A stretch of 64,000 bases of DNA, from the NCBI GenBank assembly GCA_963794185.1, contig CAWCDM010000097.1, forward strand, positions 4,921 through 68,920, read 5' to 3'. The DNA is from an uncultured Alphaproteobacteria bacterium. Its GTDB lineage: Bacteria > Pseudomonadota > Alphaproteobacteria > Acetobacterales > Acetobacteraceae. Position numbers and translations under genes: made by a program. Below the pieces are notes generated by a model. That model saw nothing but the letters and a program-made list of their open reading frames with translations. It did not search any database and was not told the origin of the DNA. Shown here piece by piece: positions 8,414 to 18,573 of the stretch. Each line of letters begins with the position of its first letter. Position 1 is the stretch's first letter.

Positions 8414-10242
8414 TTGGACAACGTAGAAAAGGCCGATCACCTGGCTTTACTGCGGCAGCAGACCGCCCTGGCGCGGTTTGGGGAACTCGCTCTGAAGTCC
8501 GACGACCTGGACGAAATCCTGACCGAGGCCTGCCGATTGGTTGGCGAGGCATTGGGCACGGACCTCGCCAAGGTCGTGGAACTCCAGGCGGACGGCCAGA
8601 CCCTGCTGGTGCGCGCAGGCGTTGGCTGGAAACCCGGCGTCGTCGGCGTGACGACCATCACGGCTGAAGACGACACCTCTGAGGGCGATGCCCTCAGGAC
8701 CGGGGAGCCGATGATCTCTCCCGACATCGCGACGGAGACGCGGTTCAGGTATCCGCCGTTCCTGATCGAGAACGGCGTCAGGGCGGTCGCCAACGTCGTC
8801 ATCATCGGTGGCAAGGACAAGCCCGCCGTTCGGCATCCTGCAGGTCGACAGCCGCGAGCCCCGCCAGTTCACCGAGAGCGACACCGCCTTCCTGCGCGGC
8901 TATGCCAACCTGCTCGCGGCGGCGGTGGACCGCCTGCGCGTCATCGACGAGGCGCGCGGGGAGGCGGAGCGCATTCGTCTCGCGCTGGAGGCGCGTGTGG
9001 CGGAGCGCACGCGCGAGCTGGTCGCGGCGAACGCCAGTTGCGCGCCGAGGCGGAGGAGCGCGAGCGGGTCGAGGAGACGTTGCGCCAGTCGCTCAAGATG
9101 GAAGCGGTCGGCCAGCTGACCGGCGGCCTGGCGCACGACTTCAACAACCTGCTGGCCGGCATCTCCGGCAGCCTGGAGCTGATGCGCATCCGCATCGCAC
9201 AGGGGCGCACGGCGGAGATCGGGCGCTACATCGAGGCTGCGATGGCCTCGGTCGAGCGTGCGGCGGCGCTGACCCATCGCCTGCTCGCCTTCTCACGCCG
9301 CCAAACGCTCGACCCCAAGCCGACCGACGTGAACCGGCTCGTCGGCGGCATGGAGGATCTGTTCCGCCGCACGGTAGGGCCGGGCATCCAGGTCGAGATC
9401 AAGCTGGCGAGCGAGCTGTGGCCGGCCCTCTGCGACCCGAACCAGCTTGAGAACGCGCTGCTCAATCTGGTCATCAACGCGCGCGACGCCATGCCTGACG
9501 GCGGACATCTGCTGATCGAGCACCGCGAACATCGTGTTTCCCAATGGGCGCGGGGCGCTCAGGGACGTGCCGTCTGAGAAGGTGCCCGCCGGCGAATACG
9601 TGGGACCTGTTCGTCACCGACACCGGCGCGGGCATGACCCCGGACGTCATCGCGCGCGCGTTCGATCCCTTCTACACGACCAAGCCGACCGGCCAGGGCA
9701 CCGGCCTCGGCCTGTCCATGATCTACGGGTTCGTCCAGCAATCGGGCGGACACGTGCTCCTGCGCAGCGAGCATGGCCAGGGCACGACGGTGACGATCTA
9801 CCTGCCCCGGCATATCGGGGTGACGGACTGCGAACTGGAAGTTCACGCGGCGGCCAATCCGCTGGCCGCGCCAGCCAGTGCCGTCGTGCTGGTGGTCGAG
9901 GACGAGCTGGCCGTGCGAATGGTCATCGGCGATGTGCTCGCAGACTGCGGCTACACGGTGCTGGAAGCGGATAACGGCCAGGCCGCTCTGCACATTGTCG
10001 AATCCGGCGTCCGCATCGATCTTCTGCTCACCGATGTCGGCCTGCCGGGAGGCATGAACGGTCGGCAGCTCGCTGACGCGGCGCGCCAGCGGCGCCCCGA
10101 CCTCAAGGTGCTGTTCCTGACGGGTTATGCCGAGAACGCGGCGGTCGGCAACGGCCGGATGGAGCAGGGTATGGGAGTCATGACAAAACCCTTCGCGCTG
10201 GAAGCGCTTGCGGCCAGGGTCAAGGGAATGATTGGCGACTGA
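8414..10242 (+). pseudogene. hybrid sensor histidine kinase/response regulator (GAF-HisKA-HATPase-REC) with four frame changes
   Basis: The GAF domain continues in another frame at about 8830 (FGILQVDSREPRQF). It returns at about 9036 before HisKA (GGLAHDFNNLL). HATPase_c is split at about 9527 and about 9606 (NIVFPNGRG / FVTDTGAGM...GTGLGLS). The receiver domain (VLVVEDE, LLLTDVGLPGGMNG) is intact to 10242. Confidence 0.85.
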
Positions 10243-10307
10243 CGTGCCACACGCAGTCAGGGTTCGCCGCCAAATAACTGCGTCAATTGCGACCGGCCTT
10301 CCGTTCT

Positions 10308-10347
10308 TGTCGTCATCCCCGCTTTCGCGAAAGCGGGGATGACGACA
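10308..10347. repeat. perfect 40-bp palindrome between convergent genes (likely bidirectional terminator or REP-type hairpin)
   Basis: TGTCGTCATCCCCGCTTTCG|CGAAAGCGGGGATGACGACA, located between the kinase stop (10242) and the oxidoreductase stop (10396). Confidence 0.8.
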
Positions 10348-10395
10348 ACAGGTGCCGTTCCGCGACACCTGATTCGATTAATTCGGGGCAAGTCC

Positions 10396-11472
10396 TTACG
10401 CGAGCGTGGCGCGCCAGTAGGGCGGCGGCAGTTCGGGCGTGACGCCCAGCGCCTTCGCGGCACGCAACGGCCACGCGGGATCGGCCAGCAGCACACGCGC
10501 CGCGAAGACCAGATCGGCACGCTCGTTCGCCACGATCTCGGCGGCGTGCGTCGGCTCGGTGATCAGCCCGACCGCGCCTGTGGCGATGCCGGCGCGATGC
10601 TTCACGGCCTCGGCGAACGGCACCTGATAGCCGGGATGCGTCGGGATCCGCACGTCGGGCGAGATGCCGCCGGACGAACAGTCGATCAGGTCGACGTCGC
10701 CGCGCGCGGCCAGAATGCGGCACAGCGCCACGGTATCGTCGATGGCGAGCCCGCCCGGCAGGTAATCGACGCAGGACAGCCGCACGAACAGCGGCAGGTC
10801 GACGGGCCACTCGGTGCGCACCGCATCAATGGCCTCCAACAGGAAGCGGCTGCGCCCGTCAAGGTCGCCGCCATACGCGTCGTTGCGGTGGTTGGAAATC
10901 GGCGAGAGGAACGAGTGCAGCAGGTAGCCGTGCGCGGCGTGGATTTCGGCCACCTTGAATCCGGCTTCCCGCGCCATCCGGGCGGTGGCCGCGAACTGCC
11001 CGGCGATCTCCGCGATCTCGCCCGTCGTCAGCGCATGCGGGTCGGTGGCGCCGGGGTGGAACGCGATCGGGCTTGGCGCGACCGGCACCCAGCCGCCGTC
11101 GTGCGGCGCGATCGGCTTGCTGCCCTCCCACGTGCGCGTCGTGCTGGCCTTGCGGCCGGCATGCGCGATCTGGATGCCCGGCACCGCGCCGCCCCGCGTG
11201 ATGATCGCGGCGAGGCGGGTCAGCAGCGCCTGGTGCTGCGCGTTCCAAAGGCCGAGGCAGTGGTGCGTGATGCGGCCGATTGCGGAGACGTGGGTTGCCT
11301 CGGTGAACACGATGCCGGCGCCGCCCATCGCCCGCGCGCCCAGATGCTGCACGTGCCAGTCGTCGCCCAGCCCGTCCTTGGCGCTGTACTGGCACATCGG
11401 CGCCACCACGATGCGGTTGCGCGCGGTGACCGAGCGGAAGCTGATCGGCTGGAACAGCAGCGGCGTTGGCAT
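10396..11472 (-). CDS. NADH:flavin oxidoreductase, Old Yellow Enzyme family
   Basis: 358 aa. Contains RNRIVVAPMCQY, GIQIAHAGRKAS and HAAHGYLLHSFLSP motifs typical of the YqjM/NemA class. Confidence 0.9.
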   Translation of the reverse strand: MPTPLLFQPISFRSVTARNRIVVAPMCQYSAKDGLGDDWHVQHLGARAMGGAGIVFTEATHVSAIGRITHHCLGLWNAQHQALLTRLAAIITRGGAVPGIQIAHAGRKASTTRTWEGSKPIAPHDGGWVPVAPSPIAFHPGATDPHALTTGEIAEIAGQFAATARMAREAGFKVAEIHAAHGYLLHSFLSPISNHRNDAYGGDLDGRSRFLLEAIDAVRTEWPVDLPLFVRLSCVDYLPGGLAIDDTVALCRILAARGDVDLIDCSSGGISPDVRIPTHPGYQVPFAEAVKHRAGIATGAVGLITEPTHAAEIVANERADLVFAARVLLADPAWPLRAAKALGVTPELPPPYWRATLA

Positions 11473-11538
11473 GCGGGCGAGGTCCTGCGGTTGCGTTGCG
11501 GTGCAGTATCGCAGCGCACGGCCGGCGCCGCCATTGCG

Positions 11539-12021
11539 TCAGGCCGGTTCGGACGCCATGCCCTTTTCGGCGAGTTCGCGCCGCGCCTTGTCGGTCTTCC
11601 GCAGTGCCGTTTCCTGCGCAAGGCCCATGCCGCGCAGCACGTGCGGCGCCTTGGTGAACTGGATGTCGCCGTAAGCCAAGACCTCGACCCGGTTCCCCCA
11701 CGGATCGAGGAAATCGAGGAACGGACCGTCGAGCAGTTCGCCACCCGTGGCCTCGACGAGAGCGGGCACCGCACTGCGGTCGTCGACAACCAGGCCGAAA
11801 TGCCGCGGACTGTCCCGATGTTCCGTGCTGACCTGCGTCAGGTTGATGAACTGGTCGCCCATGTCGATGAATGCATTGTTCTTGCCCTTGCCGCGCAGGG
11901 TGAACGAGAAGATGCGGCCGTAGAAGGCCAGCTCCTCGTCGATGTCGCCGACCTCGAGCGTGACGTGGTTCATGCCCACCAGCCTGGGCCTGTGCGCGGA
12001 AGTGTCGTTCGGTTGCGGCAT
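11539..12021 (-). CDS. VOC (glyoxalase/bleomycin resistance/dioxygenase) family protein
   Basis: ATG at 12021 preceded by GGAGGAG. MNHVTLEVGDIDEELAFYGRIF fold signature. Confidence 0.85.
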   Translation of the reverse strand: MPQPNDTSAHRPRLVGMNHVTLEVGDIDEELAFYGRIFSFTLRGKGKNNAFIDMGDQFINLTQVSTEHRDSPRHFGLVVDDRSAVPALVEATGGELLDGPFLDFLDPWGNRVEVLAYGDIQFTKAPHVLRGMGLAQETALRKTDKARRELAEKGMASEPA

Positions 12022-12198
12022 GTGTACTCCTCCTCGTCTGAATTGCCGCAGAGATGGTCGCTCGGCCGCCCGCACGCCAGGGGTGAGCGCTCGACCTCCC
12101 CTTGCACGCCGCATCGCCGCCATGCGAGTCTTCGCTCAGGACGCCGACCAGAAGGGAAACGACCATGAGCAGCTCGGGATTCGATATCACGTCGCGCT

Positions 12199-13413
12199 TT
12201 GCCGATGGGCTGCCCGATCCCGCACCGCGCTTCGGCGGATTTCCCGAAATACAATTTCATCGGCGGCCACAACGATCCCGTGGAGATCCCGATCGAGGGC
12301 CTGATCGAGGCGACCGCATCGGTGCTGCGCCGCGAGGGCTCGAAGCTTGCGATGTACAATCTGGCGCAAGGACCGCAGGGCTATGTCGGGCTGCGCGAAT
12401 TTGTCGCCGACAAGCTGAAGCGCCATCGCGGCATTGCAGCAACGCGCGACGATGTGCTGATCACGACGGGCTCCGGTCAGGGCATCGATATCGTCAGCCG
12501 CCTGTTCATCAATCCGGGCGACACGGTGATCCTGGAGGAATTCTGCTACGCCGGTGCGATCAACCGCTTCAAGCGCATCGGCGCGAACATCGTCGGCGTG
12601 CCGCTGGATGAGGACGGCATGCGCATGGACGTGTTGGCCTCGACGCTGGAGGGCCTGAAGCAGAAGGGCGTCACGCCGAAATACATTTACACCATTCCAA
12701 CCATCCAGAACCCGTCCGGCAGCATCCTGCCGCTGGAGCGCCGCCAGCAGATGCTGGCGCTTGCGTTGCAGTACGGCGTGCCGATCTTCGAGGACGAATG
12801 CTACGCCGACCTGATCTGGTCCGGCGGCGCGCCACCGGCTCTGTATGCGATGGCTCCCAAGCAGGTCGTGCATATCGGCTCGTTCTCCAAGTCGCTCGCT
12901 CCGGCGCTGCGGGTCGGTTACGCGGTGGCCGAATGGCCGGTACTGTCGCGCATGATTTCGTCCAAGACCGACAGCGGCACCGGCGCGCTCGATCAGATGA
13001 TCGTCGCCGAGTATTTTTCCAAGAGCTTCGACCAGCACATCGGCACGTTGTCGGGCGTGCTGAAGGGGAAGCTCGACACGATGGTGGAAGCGGTGGAGCG
13101 CGAGTTCGGCACCACCGCGGACATGTGGCGGCCGAAGGGCGGCATCTTCCTGTGGCTGAAACTGCCGGATGCGGTGGACGTGCGGAAGCTGGTGAAGCCG
13201 GCGGCGGACGCCGGCATCAACTTCAACCCGGGTCCGGAATGGGTGTGCAATCCCGAACCGGCGAAATCGTACATGCGGCTGTGCTTCGCGCTGCCATCGA
13301 AGGAGCAGATTCGCGAAGGCGTCGCCGCACTGGCGCAGGTCTGCTACGAACAGACGGGCATTCCGGTGCGCAGCGCGAACGTCGAGCGGGCGGGCGCTCG
13401 CGAGTCGGCCTGA
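12199..13413 (+). CDS. PLP-dependent aminotransferase (class I/II fold)
   Basis: 404 aa with the SFSKSLAPALRVGY lysine motif. A better start (ATG 12163, AAGGGA SD, MSSSGFDITSRFADGLPDPAPRFGGFP) lies in another frame, which suggests a 1-nt indel near 12240. Confidence 0.85.
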   Translation: MPMGCPIPHRASADFPKYNFIGGHNDPVEIPIEGLIEATASVLRREGSKLAMYNLAQGPQGYVGLREFVADKLKRHRGIAATRDDVLITTGSGQGIDIVSRLFINPGDTVILEEFCYAGAINRFKRIGANIVGVPLDEDGMRMDVLASTLEGLKQKGVTPKYIYTIPTIQNPSGSILPLERRQQMLALALQYGVPIFEDECYADLIWSGGAPPALYAMAPKQVVHIGSFSKSLAPALRVGYAVAEWPVLSRMISSKTDSGTGALDQMIVAEYFSKSFDQHIGTLSGVLKGKLDTMVEAVEREFGTTADMWRPKGGIFLWLKLPDAVDVRKLVKPAADAGINFNPGPEWVCNPEPAKSYMRLCFALPSKEQIREGVAALAQVCYEQTGIPVRSANVERAGARESA

Positions 13414-13416
13414 GTT

Positions 13417-13899
13417 ATGGCGCAGGAGATCGCGCTCACGGTGAACGGCAGATCGGTGAGCGTTACGGTGGAGGCCGTCACGCCGCTGCTGGACGTTCTG
13501 CGCAACCAGCTCGATTTGAAGGGTTCGCGCTACGGTTGCGGTCTCGATCAATGCGGAAGCTGCATGGTGCTGCTCGACGGCGAGCCGGTCTATGCGTGCT
13601 CGCGCGAGATCGGCACCGTCGCCGGGCGCAGCGTCACAACGATCGAGGGACTTGGCAGTGCGGCACAGCCGCATCCGCTGCAGCAGGCGTTCCTGGATGA
13701 GCAGGCGGGTCAGTGCGGCTACTGCCTTGCGGGGATTCTGATGAGTGCCAAGGCGCTGCTCGACCGCAATGTGTCGCCAGCGCGTGCCGACATTGTTGCT
13801 GCGTTGGACAAGCACCTCTGTCGCTGCGGCGCGCATCCGCGAATTCTGCGCGCCGTGGAGAAAGCCGCCGTCGTGCTGCGGGAAGGGAAGGGCGCATGA
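13417..13899 (+). CDS. (2Fe-2S)-binding small subunit of an IorAB/aldehyde-oxidase-type molybdoenzyme
   Basis: 160 aa with the two [2Fe-2S] cysteine clusters (GCGLDQCGSC; CGYCLAG...CRCG). Confidence 0.9.
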   Translation: MAQEIALTVNGRSVSVTVEAVTPLLDVLRNQLDLKGSRYGCGLDQCGSCMVLLDGEPVYACSREIGTVAGRSVTTIEGLGSAAQPHPLQQAFLDEQAGQCGYCLAGILMSAKALLDRNVSPARADIVAALDKHLCRCGAHPRILRAVEKAAVVLREGKGA

Positions 13900-16005
13900 G
13901 CGACACACTGCCGCTGTCGATCCAGACCAACCGCCGCCTGGAGAAGTGGCTCCGCTTCAATCCCGATCGTACCGTGCGCTTGGCAGTCGGCAAGGTGGAA
14001 CTTGGCCAGGGCAACGTCACCGCACTGGCGCAGATTGCCGCCGAGGAACTCGACGTGGACCTCGATCGCATCGCAGTGCTGTCCGGCGACACGCAGGATG
14101 CGCCGGATGAGGGCCAGACGACGGGCAGCCAGTCGATCGAGGTGTCCGGTAGGTCGGTGCGCCTGGTGTCGGCGGAGCTGCGCGCGCGCGTTCTGGATCG
14201 GCTGGCCCGGCGGCTGAACTGCAGCCCGTTGGAACTGACTGTCGAGGACGGCATGTTCCGCCGCGGCGATGCGCCGACCGGGCACGACTACTGGAACTTT
14301 TCCACCGCCGGGGATTTTGCCCCGGATATCGAAGGGACTGCGACGCCGAAGGCGCACACCGCGTACCGCGTGGTGGGCAAGCCCGTGCCGCGTCGCGACC
14401 TGCCGGCAAAAGTCTCAGGCGCTGCCTTCATCCATGACATGGTGAGGCCCGATATGCTGCATGCGCGCATCCTGCGCCAGCCGTGTCGCGGGGCGCGTCT
14501 TGCGTCGTTGAACGAGGCCGCGCTGCGGCGCGCCGAACGCGGCGATTTCCGCATCGTGCGCGTCGGCGATTTCGTGGCGTTCGTGGGCAGCGATGAGACC
14601 GTCGTGCAGCGCGCCGCCGCAGTCGCGCCGATGCACGCCAAATGGAACAACGTGCGACAGATCACGCCCGACCAACAGGAGGCGGCGTGGCTCGTCGGCC
14701 AGGACTTCGAACGATCGTGTGCTGGGCAGCGAACTTCCCGCGGCCGAGACGCAGCAGGTGGTGGTGGCGAGCTATTCGCGGCCCTATGTCGCGCATGCCT
14801 CGATGGCGCCGTCCTGTGCCCTGGCCGAGTACCGCAACGGGCATCTGTCGGTCTGGTCGCACACGCAGGGCGTTTATCCGCTGCGCGCCGCGCTCGCGAA
14901 TGTGCTTGGCATCGCGCCCGACGCGATCACCGTGCGTCACGCGCACGGCGCCGGATGCTACGGGCACAATGGCGCCGACGACGTGGCAGTGGACGCCGCG
15001 GTGATCGCATTGCAGGTGCCGGATCATTGCATCCGCGTGCAATGGCGCCGCGAGGAGGAGTTCGGCTTCGAACCGCTCGGCCCGGCGATGCACGTCACGC
15101 TGCGCGCCGCGCTGGACGAGGCGGGAAAACCAGTGGACTGGACTGCGGATATCTGGTCGCCGACGCATGTGCAGCGGCCGAGCACCGGCGGCAATCTGCT
15201 GACGCACGAGGCGCTGCCGACCCCGCCGCCCGATCCGCGTCCGACCGATCCGCCGGAAGCGAACGGCGGCGGCGGCACGCGCAACGCATTCCCGCTCTAC
15301 GACATTCCGGCCACGCGCGTGCTGCATCATTTGATTCTGCGCCCGCCGGTGCGCACGTCCGCGCTGCGCGGCCTCGGCGCGTTGACCAACGTGTTCGCGA
15401 TTGAGTGCTTCATCGACGAGCTTGCCGAACGTGCCGGGATCGACCCGGTGCAGTATCGGTTGTCGATGCTGTCCGATCAGCGCGCACGCCGCCTGATCGA
15501 GAACGTGGCCGAACGCTGCGACTGGCCGGCGCGCGGGCCCGGCGGCAGCGGACGTGGCGTCGGCCTGGGCTGGGCGCGCTACAAGAACAAGGCGGCCTAC
15601 GCCGCCGTCGCGGCGGAGGTGGAGGTTGACCAGGAGGTGCGGCTGCTGCGCGTCTGGTGCGCCGCCGACGCCGGCCTGGTGATCAATCCCGACGGCGCGC
15701 GCAATCAGCTCGACGGCGGCATCGTGCAAGCCGCCAGCATGACGCTGAAGGAACAGGTACGCATGGAAGGCGACGGCGTCACGTCGCTCGACTGGGCAAG
15801 CTATCCGATCCTGCGCTTCTCAGAAGTCCCGGAGATCAGCACCGAGATCATCGACGCGCCCGACCTGCCGACCTTGGGCATGGGCGAGTGCACGTTCGGC
15901 CCCACCGCCGCCGCGATCGGCAACGCCGTCGCACATGCGTTGGGGACCCGGATCAAGGATATGCCGCTGACCCGCGAGCGCATCGCCGCGGCTCTGTTGA
16001 GGTAA
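13896..16005 (+). pseudogene. molybdopterin-binding large subunit (IorB-like), one frameshift near 14715
   Basis: ATG 13896 overlaps the small-subunit stop (ATGA). The N-terminal part (MSDTLPLSIQTNRRLEKWL...) is in the frame of track ORF 13713. The rest (VLGSELPAAETQQVVVASYSRPYVAHASM...) is in the frame of ORF 14593, running to 16005. Confidence 0.85.
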
Positions 16006-16115
16006 CGGCGCAGTCGTCATGGGCGGCGAAGGCCGACCATCCACGACCTGAGGCATACGGGAAAGGACGTGGCTGGCGGACCTGCGCCCGTCATGACGAT
16101 TGGGGTGGGCGCCGC

Positions 16116-17339
16116 CTACGACTTCACCAGCGTGCAGCCGCCGTCCGCAAGCGGTCGCCAAGCCTCGTCGGGCGGAATGGTGACCAGTTCCTTGCAGTAG
16201 TCGTAAGGATATTTTGCCTCGGACGGCGACTTCACCTGCCAGAGATGCATCACGTGCATCACGCGCCCGTCCTCGCGGATCTTCACGTCGGTGTTGTACA
16301 TGTCGTTGACCGGTGTCGCCTTCATCTTTGCCACCACGGCATCGGCGTCGGTGGTGCCTGCGGCGTGCACGCTTTTCAGCCAGTGCGTCGCGGCGGCGTA
16401 GTTGCCGGCATGCAGCAGTCCCGGAACCATGCCGCCCATCCTGGCGCTCCACCGCTTCGACCAGGCGCGCGTCTTGTCGGTCATGTCCCAGTAGAACGAG
16501 TCGGTGTAGACCAGCCCCTCGCAGGTCTTCTGGCCGAGCGAGTTCACGTCGTTGATCGCCATCAGCAGCGTCGCCATGCGCAGACCGCTTTGCGACATGC
16601 CGAACTCGGCCGCCTGCTTGATGCAGTTCTGCAGATCGGTGCCGGCATTTGCGAAGCCGATCACTTTCGCGCCGGATGCCTTCGCCTGCACCAGATAGCT
16701 TGAGAAATCCGCAGTCGCCAGCGGCGCCTTCACACTGCCAAGCACCTTACCACCGGCTGCCGTGACGGCGGCAATGGTATCGCGCTCGAGCGCATAGCCG
16801 AACGCATAATCGGCGGTAATGAAGAACCACGTATCGCCGCCGGCCTTGGTCAGGGCGGTACCGGTGCCGAATGACAGCGCGTATGTGTCGTAGACCCAGT
16901 GGATGCCGTACGGCGAGCACTGCTTGCCGGTCATGTCGGACGTCGCGGGGCCGGTGATCAGGTAGATGCGCTTCTTCTCTTTCGCGGTCTGCTGGATGGC
17001 GAGCCCGGCGGAGGAACCAGCCCCATCGGCCAGCACATCGACGCCCTGGCTGTCGATCCATTCGCGCGCGAGCGAGGCGGCGATGTCGGGCTTGTTCTGG
17101 TCGTCCCCTTGCAGGATCTCGATCGGGCGGTCGAGCACCGAGCCACCGAAATCCGCCGCGGCCATCTCAACGGCGAGGCGGTTGCCCGGGCCGCCGACGT
17201 CCCGGTACGGGCCGCCCATATCGCTGAGCAGTCCGAACCGCACCGGCTTCGATGTGCTCTGCGCACGCAGGATTCCCGGCATGAGCAGCGGTGACGAAGC
17301 CAAGCCGCCGACTGCTGCACGGCGTGATATGCTTTTCAT
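16116..17339 (-). CDS. ABC transporter substrate-binding protein (branched-chain amino acid/amide type, family 1)
   Basis: ATG 17339 gives MKSISRRAAVGGLASSPLLMPGILRAQS, a signal or Tat-like leader. LivK-like body. Confidence 0.88.
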   Translation of the reverse strand: MKSISRRAAVGGLASSPLLMPGILRAQSTSKPVRFGLLSDMGGPYRDVGGPGNRLAVEMAAADFGGSVLDRPIEILQGDDQNKPDIAASLAREWIDSQGVDVLADGAGSSAGLAIQQTAKEKKRIYLITGPATSDMTGKQCSPYGIHWVYDTYALSFGTGTALTKAGGDTWFFITADYAFGYALERDTIAAVTAAGGKVLGSVKAPLATADFSSYLVQAKASGAKVIGFANAGTDLQNCIKQAAEFGMSQSGLRMATLLMAINDVNSLGQKTCEGLVYTDSFYWDMTDKTRAWSKRWSARMGGMVPGLLHAGNYAAATHWLKSVHAAGTTDADAVVAKMKATPVNDMYNTDVKIREDGRVMHVMHLWQVKSPSEAKYPYDYCKELVTIPPDEAWRPLADGGCTLVKS

Positions 17340-17369
17340 TGCGATCCCCCACCAAGGAGCGGAACAGAC

Positions 17370-17481
17370 TACACCTCGCCCGCTTGCGGGAGAGGTCGAC
17401 ACGCGCAGCGTGGCGGGAGAGGGTGCCGGAGCAGTCGCGTACCGTTGGTTGCACCCTCTCCCGCAAGCGGGCGAGGTGTAC
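17370..17481. repeat. REP/MITE-like composite palindromic element, copy 2
   Basis: TACACCTCGCCCGCTTGCGGGAGAGGTCGAC ... GCACCCTCTCCCGCAAGCGGGCGAGGTGTAC, with an inner GGGAGAGGGTGC/GCACCCTCTCCC pair. Confidence 0.85.
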
Positions 17482-17517
17482 TCTGGGTGCAGCGCCCCCC
17501 GTCACGACGAACGCGCT

Positions 17518-18573
17518 TCAGCGCAACGATGCGTTCAGCTTCACCAACGCGGCTGCGCCCGGGCACAGCGCCGCCTCATCCAGCTCGTTGAACGGCGTGA
17601 CCACCGTGTTCATGTGATGGTGCAGGTCTTCCGGTTCCGGATCCACAAACAGCAGCCCGGTGACGATCTCGCCCGCGGCCTGGCGTTCCTGCAGATAGGT
17701 CATCGCAGCGATCCGATCATGCACATCGTAGTCGTTGGCGAGCTTGCGCAGTCGCAATACCGAGCCGTCGTGCTGTTTCACCATCTCGACCGTGCCGGCG
17801 GCGTATTCGACGGTGATCGGCTCGCGGCCGGTGATCACGTCGAGGTAGTTCACCGCCAGGTTGTGCTCGCGCACATAGTCGAAGCTGGTGTGCGAACCCT
17901 CGTGGTTGTTGAACGCCACACACGGGGAAATACAGTCGATGAAGGCCGCGCCTTGGTGCTTCAGCGCCGCCTCGATCAGCGGCACCAACTGCTCCTTGTC
18001 GCCGGAGAAGCTGCGCGCGACGAAGGTTGCGCCGAGCTGCAGCGCCATGGCGATCAGATCGATCGCCTCGTCGTTGTTCACCACGCCGCGCCGGCTCTTG
18101 GCGCCCTTGTCGGAGGTGGCGGAGAACTGCCCCTTGGTCAGCCCGTACACGCCGTTGTTCTCGACGATGTAGGTCATGTTCACGCCGCGCCGCATGACAT
18201 GGGCGAACTGGCCGATGCCGATCGAGGCACTGTCGCCGTCGCCGGACACGCCGAGATAGATCAGGTCGCGATTCGCCAGATTTGCGCCGGTCAGCACCGA
18301 CGGCATGCGGCCGTGCACCGAGTTGAACCCGTGCGAGGCGCCCAGGAAATACGTCGGCGTCTTCGACGAGCAGCCGATCCCCGACAGCTTGGCAATGCGA
18401 TGCGGCGGCAGCTCCAGGTTGAAGCAGGCGCGCACGATCGCGGCACTGATTGAATTGTGGCCGCAGCCGGCACACAGTGTCGACACCGCACCCTCATAGT
18501 CGCGCCGCGTGTAGCCGAGCGCATTTGTCGGCAGCGCGGGATGATGCAGCTTGGGCTTGGGCAGGAAGGTCAT
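17518..18573 (-). CDS. korB: 2-oxoacid:ferredoxin oxidoreductase beta subunit
   Basis: 351 aa. TPP-binding GDGDSASIG motif and CAGCGH cysteine motif. Confidence 0.9.
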   Translation of the reverse strand: MTFLPKPKLHHPALPTNALGYTRRDYEGAVSTLCAGCGHNSISAAIVRACFNLELPPHRIAKLSGIGCSSKTPTYFLGASHGFNSVHGRMPSVLTGANLANRDLIYLGVSGDGDSASIGIGQFAHVMRRGVNMTYIVENNGVYGLTKGQFSATSDKGAKSRRGVVNNDEAIDLIAMALQLGATFVARSFSGDKEQLVPLIEAALKHQGAAFIDCISPCVAFNNHEGSHTSFDYVREHNLAVNYLDVITGREPITVEYAAGTVEMVKQHDGSVLRLRKLANDYDVHDRIAAMTYLQERQAAGEIVTGLLFVDPEPEDLHHHMNTVVTPFNELDEAALCPGAAALVKLNASLR

